Below are positions 28,731 through 41,900 of a stretch of 64,000 nt of DNA, piece by piece. This DNA is from Octopus vulgaris (lineage: Eukaryota). Where the stretch lies: contig OX597815.1 of the NCBI GenBank assembly GCA_951406725.2, positions 34,100,001-34,164,000 on the forward strand, in the 5' to 3' direction. Position 1 is the first letter of the stretch. Each line of letters starts with the position of its first letter. The notes under the pieces are model-generated. The model ran no database searches. It saw only the letters and a list, made by a program, of their open reading frames with translations, and was not told where the DNA came from. The translations under genes and the position numbers were made by a program.

Positions 28731-29819
28731 ACCACAACTACCGCTAAGATATTTTCCAACACCTCCACCATCGCCAACAACAGCACCATCACCACTACCA
28801 TCACCCTAAACTTGTCTTTCTTAATATGTAATAGGGATGGGATAACACAACAATCTTTTCTCGCTTTCTGCGCTGTCTTGTCACCAAATATATTACGTGT
28901 AATCCATTCTAAGCAAAGAAGGATTGAGGATTTGCCGTAATTGAATAATGATGATTGAATGAAATGATTTGTGGAATATATTTATTCACTGTTCATAAAC
29001 TCACTTTCAGCTTATTTTTACTTTTCAAGACCCCCACCCCCTCAATTCATGTCCTAGCTATCTTCACATTTTGTTTTGTTTTTGTTCCTTTTTCTCTTTC
29101 TTTTCTTCTTTTCTCCTTTTCTGTCTTGATAAGAAATGATAGAGTCGAATGAATATATTACTGATGTCCCCATGAGTCAACGAAAAAGCATCTAGGTGGT
29201 TGATTGTCCTGGCAGAAATAGCAGCTAAGTTTCACCTCGATTTACACTTTTGCTGTCTTAGAAATGGAAAGGACGTACATTTGATAATGTAGTCTGAAAA
29301 GATAAAAAAACAAACAAAAACCAAGGAAAAATCCTAAACAAAATGGACGGTCATATTTCTGCTTTTTCAAGGTTGCGCTACAACAATAATAGCAACAACA
29401 ACAAAAACAATTACAACAAACAACAATAACAAGATCAAAACCAACAACAACAACGACGTCAACAATAACAGCAACAACCAACGCTTATTTATCGTTTCTG
29501 TAGATCATATCATTACCCAAGACATAAGAGAAAAACGAAATAAAAAGGAAGTATGGCGAAGGGAAAGGTGTTATTCCTTCCAACCAATAAGGAAACTCAG
29601 CCAGCTAGAAATTGTAGCCAATTCTTCCCCTCCCCTCCTTTCCTTAATAATTTCTTATAAAAGAAGAGGAAACTTTAGATAACGTAGCCCTTGATACACT
29701 AAGAATGAAAAGAAAAGACGTGATGGCCAGCACTGTAAACATTTTTGATAACATGACTTGCTTTCTGTTGAAAGGATTTTAGCCCGATATTTTATGAGGT
29801 ATTAGTTATAGCGACTGTA

Positions 29820-30372
29820 AGAAGGTGAGCTGGCTGAATCGTTAGCGCGCTGGACGAAATGCTTAGCGGTATTTCGCCCGTCGCTACGTTCTGAGTTCAA
29901 ATTCCGCCGAGGTCAACTTTGCCTTTCATCCTTTCGGGGTCGATTAAATAAGTACCAGTTATGCACTGGGGTCGATACAATTGACTTAATCCACTTGCCT
30001 GTCCTTGTTTGTTCCCTCTGTGTTTAGCCCCTTGTGGGTAGTAAAGAAATAGGTATTTCTCCTGTCGCTACGTTCTGAGTTCAAATTCCGCCGAGGTCAA
30101 CTTTGCCTTTCATCCTTTCGGGGTCGATTAAATAAGTACCAGTTACGCACTGGGGTCGATATAATCGACTTAATCTGTTTGTCTGTCCTTGTTTGCCCCC
30201 TCTGTGTATGTCTGTATGTGAGTAGTAAAGAATTAGGTATTTCGCCCGTCGCTACGTTCTGAGTTCAAATTCCGCCGAGATCGACTTTGCCTTTCGTCTT
30301 TCAGGGTCGAGAAAATAAGTACTCACCCCTTTCCCCAAATTCGCTGCCCTTGTAACAAAATTAGGAACCATT
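29820..30372 (+). mobile_element. SINE family A trimer (184-bp internal period)
   Basis: Units restart at ggtatttc at 29868, 30052 and 30236; only the first has the A-box part of the head. Confidence 0.9.
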
Positions 30373-30388
30373 ATTTATAGAAACAGTA

Positions 30389-30602
30389 AGGAGGCGAGCT
30401 GGCAGAATCATTAAGACGCCGGGCAAAATGCTTACATGCATTTAATCTTTCTTTACGTTGTGAGTTCAAATTCAGCCGTGGCCGACTTTGCCTTTCAGTC
30501 TTTCGGGGTCGATAAAATAATACCAGCCCAACACTGGGGTCAATGTAATCGATTTTCCTCCCTTCCCCAATTTCAGGCCTTGTGCCTATAATAGAAAGAA
30601 AG
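30389..30602 (+). mobile_element. SINE family A monomer with an alternative 3' tail
   Basis: ggcgagctggcagaatcatt...gtcgataaaataataccag...ggccttgtgcctataatagaaagaa. Confidence 0.85.
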
Positions 30603-31574
30603 AATTATTTATAGTTACATTTCTATTAGAAGAACTTAGTAAAAAGACATATTTGTATAATACTATTTCTAATATTGAAAGCAAGAAACCCCGTTCAATT
30701 TGACGATGACAATTAAAGAGGCAGAAATGTGAACCCATTACTGTTTGCCATTGTTCATCGTAACTTCACACTGGTCTGGCGAGATTCATCAGAAAGTACG
30801 AACGAATCAACAATAATAGCATGTTTCCAGCTAAATATACACAAATGAAAGGAAGTTTATAGAATATTAAAATATTTCATTACAGTGAAGGTGGAAAATT
30901 TGTTTTGTTCTCCTCTCCTTCAAACTTTTCATTCCCTACAGCATTTAAATTCATCGATATTCTTCAAACTATACTTTAGGTTAATTCGCTAGATTCGAGC
31001 TTTACTCCTTATACAAGCAAAGAGATGTTTAGCAACTGTTTAAACACACATGTAGATAATGGACCTAAATCCTTCCCTATTTCTGAAAGGATATAAAGAA
31101 TAATTGCAGTTAGATATGAATTCAAGAGCGTTAAGTAGATGAGAGATAACTTTTCCCTGGATTCAACGACAGCCTCTCATATATAAGGTTTCCTGGCGAT
31201 CTGATACACAATAGCTCAGAAATATTATCAAATACCAACAGACCAGTAGGTAGGCTACTATGTATGTATGTATGTATGTATGTATGTATGTATGTATGTA
31301 TGTATGTATGTATGTATGTATGTATGTATGTATGTATGTATGTATGTATGTACATAAGTAGGTTGTCTTATATTTGTAATTAGTTGGTATCTTTCTGTAA
31401 AGAAGGCGCTGTTTTCTAACAAAGATACAAAACTCCATCATTGGAATGTAGATATAAAAATCATATTCACATTTTCAACTTAAGAAAAGTCTTCCGCATA
31501 CAGATGTATTTGTAATGTTCGAGTTAACTGGTTGATTTCTTTTTCTGGAAACCTCAACTTGTCACTTAAGCTTG

Positions 31575-31670
31575 TAGTGACGCCATCTTGGAAATCTCCA
31601 GCACGCATTCGCAGAGTTGGAGACTTCCGGGAGGCCTGCCGGAAGTTCCCTCATGCGCATGCGTAGAAAA
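31575..31670 (-). promoter_or_regulatory. Candidate promoter motif cluster (YY1, two ETS, NRF1)
   Basis: cgccatcttg at 31581-90, acttccgg at 31623-30, ccggaagt at 31639-46 and tgcgcatgcg at 31654-63, in a locally CpG-rich island. Confidence 0.4.
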
Positions 31671-32091
31671 CTAGCAGCAGCGAAATTCCCTCGTATCGCT
31701 CTCTTGAACGCCGGTAACTGAACAAGACAGTCGTGTTTTATCAGCTTATTACAGGATGAGAGGTCCCCGCACTGGATGGGTGCAGCTCGCATCCTTTACA
31801 TTAAATTTTAATCGAAGGAAAGAGTGCACCATCTATTATTGGTATAAATGTGAATTATCATCTGAGTATAGAGGCTGGATGTTTCGAAGCAGTTATCTGT
31901 AGATATTCTCTTTCTCGTAGAGATAATCATATCAGCAGGGTAGCCGACATTTATGACGGGGCGTATTTTTTCCAGCGCATCTAACCTCACCATCCTCTGG
32001 GGCATCGCCTTTTCCATTTTGTCTACTAGGACCATGAGACGGTCTGACTTACGAGAAATTGTACGTTCAATTCCGTAATTTAAAGTTACTC

Positions 32092-32146
<55 letters not shown>

Positions 32147-32157
32147 ATCTTTTGCTC

Positions 32158-32217
32158 CAATAATTGCATTGTTCTTTTTTTGCCTGTCCGAAACAACAAT
32201 ATCTGGCCTGTTATGTG
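32158..32217 (-). mobile_element. Tiny R4/Dong-like endonuclease fragment embedded in microsatellites
   Basis: HNRPDIVVSDRQKKNNAII matches the RPDI motif of RLE LINEs (compare KRPDIMVLD at ~2300). Confidence 0.55.
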
Positions 32218-32915
32218 TGTATGTATGTATGTATGTATGTATGTATGTATGTATGTATGTATGTATGTATGTATGTATGTGTGTATGTATGTATGTATGC
32301 ATGTATGTGTGTGTTTGCGTGTAAGTATGTATGCATTTACATTTTGAGCGAAGGAAATGTGCAAAATACACATGCACACACAAACACAAAAGAATGTATA
32401 GCTTACATATATAAGCTCATCATATATTGTGAATAGTGTAATTATTCTGTAGATACGTATTCTCTTATCTTATCATATACAGGTGATTCTTTCGAAATAT
32501 TTCCGCCATTTATAAGTGTATCGTATTTCATACACTTTCATATGGCTTCTCTGTATAGCCTTCTCAATGTACAGTCTCTCAGCAATCAAAATTCTCTAGT
32601 CAAATTAGACAACGGCATAAATATGGCCTTTGCTTTGTTATTGCATCATGGCTTGGAAACATGAGTGATTATTTGTAATATTTTAAAAACTAATTTTTAA
32701 GAAAATGGCGCCAAATGAACTTTAACAAACATAACTGTGTGATTAATTAACCGAGTGATTAATCAAACAATTGATTAGTTAATTGCTTAAATAGTCAACG
32801 AATCGACGAATAATGAAGTGAAATGCAAACAGTACCCGTACCCGTGTTTATTAATGACATCACCTTCCTGAAAAACAATAAAATTACTCATACAATTCAC
32901 CGATAAATATTTTGT

Positions 32916-32963
<48 letters not shown>

Positions 32964-32974
32964 CGTGTTTTTAA

Positions 32975-33165
32975 TAGGCTGTTGGAAAGAAATGATTTCA
33001 CGGTAATAGAGCCTTTTTGCAGTGTTTTCATTTGTGATTCCCTTATGGTGAAAGTTTTACCGCAGGTATCACAATGGTATAGTTTTGTCTGTTGTATGAA
33101 TACGTTTATGATCCAATAAAGAGTTATAAGAGAGCATTTTACAACTGATATCACAATGGTAGCAC
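32975..33165 (-). pseudogene. C2H2 zinc-finger gene remnant
   Basis: YHCDISCKMLSYNSLLDHKRIHT, a frameshift, then KLYHCDTCGKTF; a further finger is degenerate. Confidence 0.75.
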
Positions 33166-33511
33166 CAATCATAAGCCTGGCCTTTGGATTTCTTTTGTTT
33201 ACACCCTGCATTGTCTTTTCTCGCCTTTCTTATGGAAAATAACAAGGTGTGGGTGTATTGATTCTATTCTGAGAAATCGTTGCTCCATTGCTGTTTTGGT
33301 GACGTAGAAAGGAAACTCAGAACTCGTTTATACAACTAGGAATATATCCTTAAAAGGATGAATATAGCCTCGCAATGCATATCCCCACATCAATAACATT
33401 TATCCATCCTATTTAGAATTGATCGGAGGAGATGCATCATACACTCATCTCGAAAAACAAATCATGGTCTAATCCGCTACGTATCATTTTCCTCCAATCG
33501 GCTTTGTATGC

Positions 33512-33930
33512 CTTTTAGTCTTTTACTTGTTTCAGTCATTTTTTCCTGTGGCCATGCTGCAGCACCAAATTTTAGTCGAAGAAATTTACCCTTGGACTTA
33601 TTCTCTGTAAGCCTGGTATTTATTTTATCGGACTCTTTTACCGAACCGCTAAGTTACGCTAAGTTACACACCAGCATCGGCTGTCAAGCGATGTGGAGTG
33701 GTGGTGGTGGTGGCAAATAGACATAAACACACAAATATATATACACAGATATATATATATATATATAAACGACGGGTTTCCTTCAGTTTCCATCAACCAA
33801 ATCCACTCACATGGCTTTGGCCGGCCGAGGCTGTAATAGAAGACACTTGCACAAAGTGCCCGCAGTGGGACTGAACCCGAACCATGTGGCTGGGAAGCAA
33901 GCTCCTTGCCACACAGCCATGCCTGCGCCG
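33512..33930 (-). mobile_element. SINE family B, diverged full length
   Basis: Tail cttttacttgtttcagtcatt through head ccacacagccatgcctgcgcc. Confidence 0.88.
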
Positions 33931-34071
33931 GTACAATTTTTTTTTTATCGATCTCGGAAACAAAAGAGGAAGGTAAAGTATTAATCTCAGCAGGATTTGA
34001 ACTCAGGGTACCTGAACAAATATCGCAAAACATTCTGCCTGATACTTTAATGGCTTTGCTGAGCCAATCAG

Positions 34072-34150
<79 letters not shown>

Positions 34151-34314
34151 GTCTGTATGCATGTTTGCCTGCCTGTATTTCTATCTGTCTGTCTGTCGGT
34201 CTGTCTATATATGTATGTGTGTGTATATATGTGTGTATGTGCGAATGTGTGTATGTGTGTGTGTGTTTGTGTTTGTGCGTGTGGGTAGTAGTAGTAGTGG
34301 TGTATTTTTTAAAA

Positions 34315-34705
34315 TCTTTTATTTGTTTCCGTCATTGGACTGCGACCATCCTGCAGCACCCAGCCTTGAGAGGTTTTAGTCGAACAGATTGACTCCTGTA
34401 CGTATTTTCTTTTTCAGGTCCGATACTTTTTCTATAGTTTTCTTTTTGCCAAACCGCTGAAACCACTAAGATGCAAGGACGTAAGCAAACCAAAACCGGT
34501 TGTAAAGTGGTGGGATGGAGGTAAACTTAAACACACATATCACACACATACTCACGCTCTCTCTCTCACACACACATACACACACACACACACGACTGGT
34601 CGGCCCGGTATTAGCAAAGGTTTCCTGGTCAAGGCGCCACGCGGTAGGACTGAACATGGAACCACATGGTTCCAAAACAAGCTTCTTAACCACACAACCA
34701 AGCCA
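34315..34705 (-). mobile_element. SINE family B, old copy
   Basis: gtttccgtcattggactgcgaccatcctgcagcacc...ggaaccacatggttccaaaacaagcttcttaaccacaca. Confidence 0.75.
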
Positions 34706-35589
34706 TTTATGTACGCATAAAGAAAAAGAGAGAGAGAGTGAGAGTGAGTGAGTGAGAGTGAAAAAAGGGGGAGAGAGGAAGGGAGAGGGAGAGAGAGGGA
34801 GGGAGAAGAGGAGGGGGAGAGAAGAGGAGGGGGAGAGAAGGTAAACAGAGAAAGACACCAAAGTCTGAAAATTCTACATTTTCTAAATTGAAAAGTAATA
34901 CATGGACAGTTGGAAGATGAAAATGTTCTTAGCCTCTTGCGACCTAGAAGCCACAGCATTGAAGTCTCTCCAATGACCAAGCGTATAATGAGCCTGCATT
35001 ATACCAATTTCTAGTTGCTTTACGCAGATATACTTTGACTAAGAAACTAACATAGCTAAGCAGCGAAGGAAAGAAAGAAGCAGAGTTCCCAGGTGAAATG
35101 CTCATGAATGCATACATACATACATACATACATACATACATACATACATACATACATACATACATGCATATATACATACATGCATACATACATACATACA
35201 TACATTCATACATGCATATATACATACATGCATACATACATACATGCATACATACATACATACATACATACATACATACATACAAACAAACAAATATGCA
35301 TGCATACATGTTTACATACGTATACATGTTCATACATGCATATGTACATGCACATTAAAAACATACAAACGCACGCATGCTCACACACACACACACACGC
35401 ACATATATAAATACAAAGGTAAAAATTATTAAGATAATAATTTATACCAGTGGTGATTAGCGTGCGTAATAAAAGTCAGAAAACGTAAATATTTTTATAA
35501 TATAATAGTGTATAAAAATTTATACACGGAGCGAAGACCACCATGTAGACTTCTTACATGCTAAAAAGGACAGTCAAATCATAAACCAC

Positions 35590-35690
35590 GAAAAGACATT
35601 CGTATTAACGGTACATTGCAATGTGCCCCACGCATAATAATCAAGGGGATTGCAGTTTGGGAAGTATAAGGGAGATAATAAAAAATGTTG
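35590..35690 (-). mobile_element. mariner-like transposase fragment
   Basis: SPLYFPNCNPLDYYAWG resembles the PPxSPDxNPLDYxVWG motif. Confidence 0.6.
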
Positions 35691-35724
35691 GGAATGACTA
35701 GGTTTAACTATTTTAGCATGATTT

Positions 35725-36227
35725 GGTTCAGAAGGAATAGAATAATCGGTTGAATTCATCCTACGAAACAACCACTTCACGTTTGACAATAGGTTTTACC
35801 GACAAAAATCCGGAATTGCTATGGGCACTAGAGCAGCCCCAGTCATTGCGATCCTAACAATAGGCTACCTGGAAATAATGATATACCACGAATCTTTATC
35901 TACCTTTGGAAACCCCCTTTCCCCATACATAAAAGAAAATTGGAAAACATTTCTAGACGACTGTTTCATATTCTGGAATGAAAACACAGATAAACTCCTA
36001 AAATTCAAAAGACTATTGAACAGCATCAACACAAACAAACAGTTCACAACGGAGTACAACCAAAAGGAGCTCCCATTCTTAGATATACTAATTTAAAAAA
36101 ATAAACCTAAAAATAGAAACGGACATATTTTACAAAACCACAGACGCCATACAGTATCTACTTTTTGATTCATGCCACCCAAGACACACCAAAACAAACA
36201 TCTCCTTCAACCTTGCAAGAAGAATCA
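35725..36227 (+). mobile_element. Penelope-like element reverse transcriptase fragment
   Basis: FILRNNHFTFDNRFYRQKSGIAMGTRAAPVIAILTIGYLE...WKTFLDDCFIFW...KELPFLDILI*...ETDIFYKTTDAIQYLLFDSCHPRHTKTNISFNLARRI. Confidence 0.92.
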
Positions 36228-36450
36228 AATGTATGATGGACTCTCCTGTCAAAGCCGACGTATGACATTCAGCTTTTTGCCGAACGACCTGCACAAATGA
36301 TTTGCTTATAGTGATTAATTGTATGTGCTGTACATTAGCCTACTCCTTTCATCAAATCGACGTTGCCTGAACAGGTGCACGGTGCACCACACGCCAGGTG
36401 TCGGTGTGTATATATTTATGAGTGTATTTGTTTGTATGTATGTAAATATT

Positions 36451-36684
36451 TATTTCTTTACTACCCACAAGGGGCTAAACACAGAGGGGACAAACAAGGA
36501 CAGACAAACGGATTAAGTCGATTACATCGACCCCAGTGCGTAACTGGTACTTAATTTATCGACCCCGAAAGGATGAAAGGCAAAGTCGACCTCGGCGGAA
36601 TTTGAACTCGGAACGCAACGACAGACGAAATACGGCTACGAATTTCGCCCGGCGTGCTAACGTTTCTACCAGCTCACCGCCTAA
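36451..36684 (-). mobile_element. SINE family A with TSD
   Basis: 18-bp TSD tgtatgtatgtaaatatt at 36433-36450 and 36685-36702. Confidence 0.92.
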
Positions 36685-37130
36685 TGTATGTATGTAAATA
36701 TTGTTTACTTAATGTTTGTACATGGTGTTTAGTGTTATACTTATTTCGCAGTTGTCTTCTGCGGAAAATTTACATTTCACGAATGTTAGATCAATGAGGC
36801 GGCCATGCTAGTTATTACAGACCAAGATGGCTACTTTATTGTCCCAGTATAGCCGCAGTCAACGATTAGGGGATCATCTATTCCACAAATTCTAGTACCG
36901 TTAACGGAATTAATTCTCAGGTAGATTCAGTATGAGGCAACCTGTGTTAAGGCTGTACTTTTGTATTACTGGTACAATCCATCTGCCCATTTTTTATGGC
37001 TTTAGTTTATTCACTTTCACTCGTAAATTTTGTGTCTACCAGAGGCCGAAGATGCCATGCAGTGGGATTGAACTCGGACCACATGGTTGCAAAGGGAACT
37101 TTTTAACTATTCGGCTATACAGTGCCACTA

Positions 37131-37211
<81 letters not shown>

Positions 37212-38824
37212 GTCTGTCTGTCTGTCTGTCTGTCTGTGTTTCTGTCTGTCTGTCTGATTGTCTGTCTGTCTGTCTGCCTGCCTGCCTGCCTGCCTGTCTG
37301 TCTATCTATTTATCTATCTATCTATTTATTTATGTGTATGTACATATGTTTGTATATGTATGCATGTGTACACACATAAATATCTCTATATATTTACATA
37401 CATTCATACATACATACATACATACATACATACATACGTACATACATACATACATATATATGTGTGTGTGTGTGTATGTGTGAATGAATGACTGAAATAG
37501 TATGTCATGACTGTATGTATGCATGTATTTACAATTGCTGGTTTTCCAATAGGCATTCTCGTCTTTGTAATTTCGTACAAGCTTTCAGTATGAGACCTTT
37601 CACATAGAGAGACTGACCTCGTGGCCTGCCGGTCAGCAACAATGTGAATGATGGATTTTCAAATAGAGATATCTCATAGGCATGAATATATATACACGCA
37701 TTGCTAACGCACTTTTGTTGTCGCATACGCTTACTCAGAAGCAGATGCTTTCACATGTTTTCGCACACAAATGTATGCACACGCATACAAATACACAAAC
37801 ACACAGATATATTAATGCATTCAATCACACGCTCTTTCATTGAGGCGAGATGAAGTAAGATCCTTCAAAGTGGAAAAGGAAATTCTGATAGAGACTTTTG
37901 GAATGTGAAGGCAGAACATAATAAGGTGAGGACGGATTTCATTATAAATACAAAATAAAATTTGTGGTCGAGGATTATTAGTAGTTCCGACGGTGATTTG
38001 CGTCAAGTAGACACAAAATTCAATGGAGGGTTCTGAGAGGAAGGGATAATCATATGAAGCGGAATCTTCCTCAGCCTGAAGCAGTTGGCTGCTTATTCTT
38101 GCAGAAATTAATTCATGTCAAAGGGGTTAAAGATAACCAATGAAGTGTACATGTGCGTCTTTACATGCATGTAGTTATGTTTGTATTGATGTTCAAGTTG
38201 ATGTACATATGTTTATGTATGTGAGTTGTATGAATGTAGTAAAGTATATATATAAAAAAAAAGGAATGAGTCTCTTTTGAAATATTTTTCGGTTAAGTCA
38301 GTTACCGCGTTATATGCAATAAAATTTCGAGTGAGATCCCCCATCACTGTCAGTAAAGACTAGTAGCACATCATTTGGTTTCTTTTTATCCTAAGTGATC
38401 TTTCGACTGAACGCCTTCTGAATAGCTAGCCACTTATGACAGCCTAGTCAGTCATACGTTAATGTTACTCAAATTTACGATCTTTTTAAACACTTCAGCC
38501 ATTATCCAAATAGATGAGGTAGAGATATAGACTCCTATAAATTTATTTTGGTGCATTTTATGGAATTGATGAGGCGATCGTTCTAACGGATCTCAGGTCT
38601 ACCATTCTTTTTAATATATAGGCAAGTTGAAACATTTATCACTGCGAGTATAGAGAATTGAAGGTTAATCGGACTGTTAAGCAAATATTTTTAGGTTAAT
38701 GTTTACGCGATATCGCCATGGTTATATTATTCGACCGCCCTCGTGTATTCTATTCTTATATATCTCACGGTTTAACGCTTCGACAATCGGACCCAACCAC
38801 CAACGTTGTAAGCCTCTTTAATAT

Positions 38825-39229
38825 AATTCTTTTCTACTCCTAGGTACAAGGCCCGAAATTTTTGGGGAGGTGGGGGGCAATCGATTAGATTGACCCCAGT
38901 GCGTAACTAGTACTAATTTTACCGACCCCGAAAGGATGAAAGGCAAAGTCGATCTCAGCGGAAATTTGAACTCAGAATGTAAAGGCGGATGAAATATCTA
39001 TTTCTTTACTACCCACAAGGAGCTAAACACAGAGAGGACAAACAAGGACAGACAAACGGATTAAGTCGATTATATCGACCCGAGTGCGTAACTGGTACTT
39101 ATTTAATCGACCCCGAAAGGATGAAAGGCAAAGTCGACCTCGGCGGAATTTGAACTCAGAACGTAGCGGCAGACGAAATACGGCTACGCATTTCGCCTGG
39201 CGTGCTAACGTTTCTGCCAGCTCGCTGCT
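38825..39229 (-). mobile_element. SINE family A dimer
   Basis: Two Nin-like cores, with a junction gaaata(t)ctatttctttactaccc at ~38990-39015 equivalent to the trimer junctions. Confidence 0.9.
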
Positions 39230-39899
39230 TTCATAGGGCCTCTTTATTGGGCTGGCACCCCCCCCCACACACACACACTGTCTGTCTGTCTTTTCTCTCT
39301 CTCTCTCTCCCTCTCCAGTGTCTTCATATCAACAACATTAACAACACCAATAAAGCTCACCGTTATCATAATCTCTTTGATCCAAAAGTCAATCAACGAG
39401 TTAAATTATATTCCTTCCTCCGTCATTAGCCATCCGTCTCTCTGATTAATGATGACTAACAGCAATGTCCTTCACTCACAACACCATGATACAAAATATA
39501 TTTTGCCTTCCATTCATGGAAGTAAAAATAATGAATACTAGTAATACGCTGGTAGAGAATACGTTCGATTGGGGCTTCTCCATCTTCTTTATGAAGCAAA
39601 TCAATGGTATTTATGGGTAGATTCAACGAGTATTTTAATCATAAACGTAAAGTCATTTTTCATATCTTAATCATTGCAAAATGCACTCAAAGATCAGATG
39701 CTGATGTGTTACTAGTCGACAAATAAAGTTAACCATCCAAGAACAGGGACAATTCATACCATTGTCATCTACAAAGTTTTCGATTACAAAATACTATGCA
39801 CAAAACTTTGGTTGATATAATTCTATAACAGAAGACACTTTCTGAAGGTACTGTTCAATAGGATCAAACCCGGAACTATACAATTGCGTAGCGATATAT

Positions 39900-40290
39900 T
39901 TTTTTACTGCCCACAAGGGGCTGAACATAGAGGGGACAAACAACGACAGACAAAGGGATTAAGTCGATTACATCGACTCCAGTGCGAAACTGGTACTTTA
40001 TTTATCGACCCCGAAAGGATGAAAGGCAAAGTCGACCTCGGCGGAATTTGAACTCAGAACATAACGACAGACGAAATACCGCTAAGCATTTCACCCGGCG
40101 TGCTAACGTTTCTGCCAGCTCGCCGCCCTTATCGTAGTGACCCCAGTGCGTAACTAGTACTAATTTTACCGATCCCGAAAGGATGAAAGGCAAAGTCGAT
40201 CTCAGCGGAATTTGAACTAAGAATGTAAAGGCGGATGAAATACCTATTTCTTTACTACCCACAAGGGGCTAAACACAGAGAGGACAAACC
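39900..40290 (-). mobile_element. SINE family A monomer (39900-40128) plus an adjacent dimer-junction fragment (40138-40290)
   Basis: Matches the other family A copies. Confidence 0.88.
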
Positions 40291-40924
40291 ACGCAATCGT
40301 TCTTGCGCCAGTGCTCATATCTGTTGACGATGTAACTTGGTTAACGTATCAGTGGTTTCTTTAATAACTGCTAGGTTTTAATATAAACCATACTGGACAT
40401 TATAGGTAGCATCTGAGACGGAAAAACAAAATCAACATTCCAACTGACGGCTCCCATTTTGAGCCTCCAGTTTTGGAACAGACAAATACCACCGATGACA
40501 AACATCACGTGACATGCTCCGGCGAAGTCCACTGAAGATAATTGAGCAAGTACTTGGATGGAAGTACGAAACCAAGTTACGGAAATAACAAAGAGTATTA
40601 TAAAAGGTTTTAGGAGAGACATTGGGAATTCGCAGTGAGTACTTTGCATTTCCCTCTTTTCTCAAAAAGCGATAACATAAAACTACATCGGCCAAAACCA
40701 CACTCCCTTTAGCCTGTGCATGTGTGTGTGTGTGTGTGGTGTTTGGTGTACGTGTGTGTATGCATGTATTTATGTATGTATGAGATAAGAGAAGCGTATC
40801 TGAGTTGCAGCAATCGATTATAGCCCCACTCCTTTACAGTAACATACCTTGTGCCTTGTGACAGGCAAAAAGACATCGATATTTATAAGTTTCTCTCATA
40901 GAAAAAGAAACAAAACACACTCAC

Positions 40925-40926
40925 AA

Positions 40927-41003
<77 letters not shown>

Positions 41004-41742
41004 CACGCACGCACGCACGCACACACGAATAAATACATAAAAGATGGAAATGGAAGAAAAAATAACGAAATGAACCAAACAATCTTGTTTGATTTATGTT
41101 CCGTCCAAAGACGAAACAGGATTCTGCAATTCCAGAAATGGTATTCAATCAATATTGATGTTACATAGATCAATAACTTGCGGGTTTGTAGCAGGGTTGG
41201 GTGGACAGTAAAAACGAGAAATGGGTACAACCGAGGAATGTAGTCAAAGAAAAATGGAAAAACGATATTATCAGGTCTGATCCGCTGGGTTCATCATGTG
41301 CATCGTAGCTGGGTTTGTATGAGCAATTGTATACATACATACATACATACATACATACATACATACATACATACATACATACATACATGCATGCATACAT
41401 ACATACATACATACATACATACATACATACATACATACGTCTACATATTCAAATATATGTGCGTGTGTGGGTGCATGCATATATATATATGTTTAAATGT
41501 ACATAAATGCATATACTTAAACACGCACACACACATGCATATATATATATAGTGTGTGTGTGTGTGTACGAACGTGTTGAATGAAAATGTACACATTTAT
41601 ATACAAAGACGCACACACACATACATATACATACACATACACACACATGCATGCATTTATATGTATGTGTATGTGAATATATACATATATTTATATAAAC
41701 ACATATAAATGCATGAATTTATGTAAGCATATATCTAATATA

Positions 41743-41781
<39 letters not shown>

Positions 41782-41900
41782 TATATTATACATATATTAT
41801 ATATATATATTATATATATATATATTATATACATATATACGTGTATCTAGATCTAAATATGTATATGCTTTTGTGAATGTGTGTGTGTGTGTATTTGTGT
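40925..41900. repeat. Compound microsatellites (CA)n, (TACA)n, (TA)n
   Basis: Direct reading. Confidence 0.9.

Noticed and set aside
29868-30330. Regularly spaced repeats resembling a CRISPR array (also 44038-44205)
   Set aside because: The units are wholly repeated without unique spacers, the context is eukaryotic, and there are no cas genes.
32700-32870. Cluster of TAAT/ATTA homeodomain-like sites
   Set aside because: Such sites are expected by chance at this AT content.
40530-40575. CTGAAGA...gtactt/aagtac-GAAAC hammerhead-like pattern
   Set aside because: 11 nt separate the core from the stem, and no stem I or III is evident.
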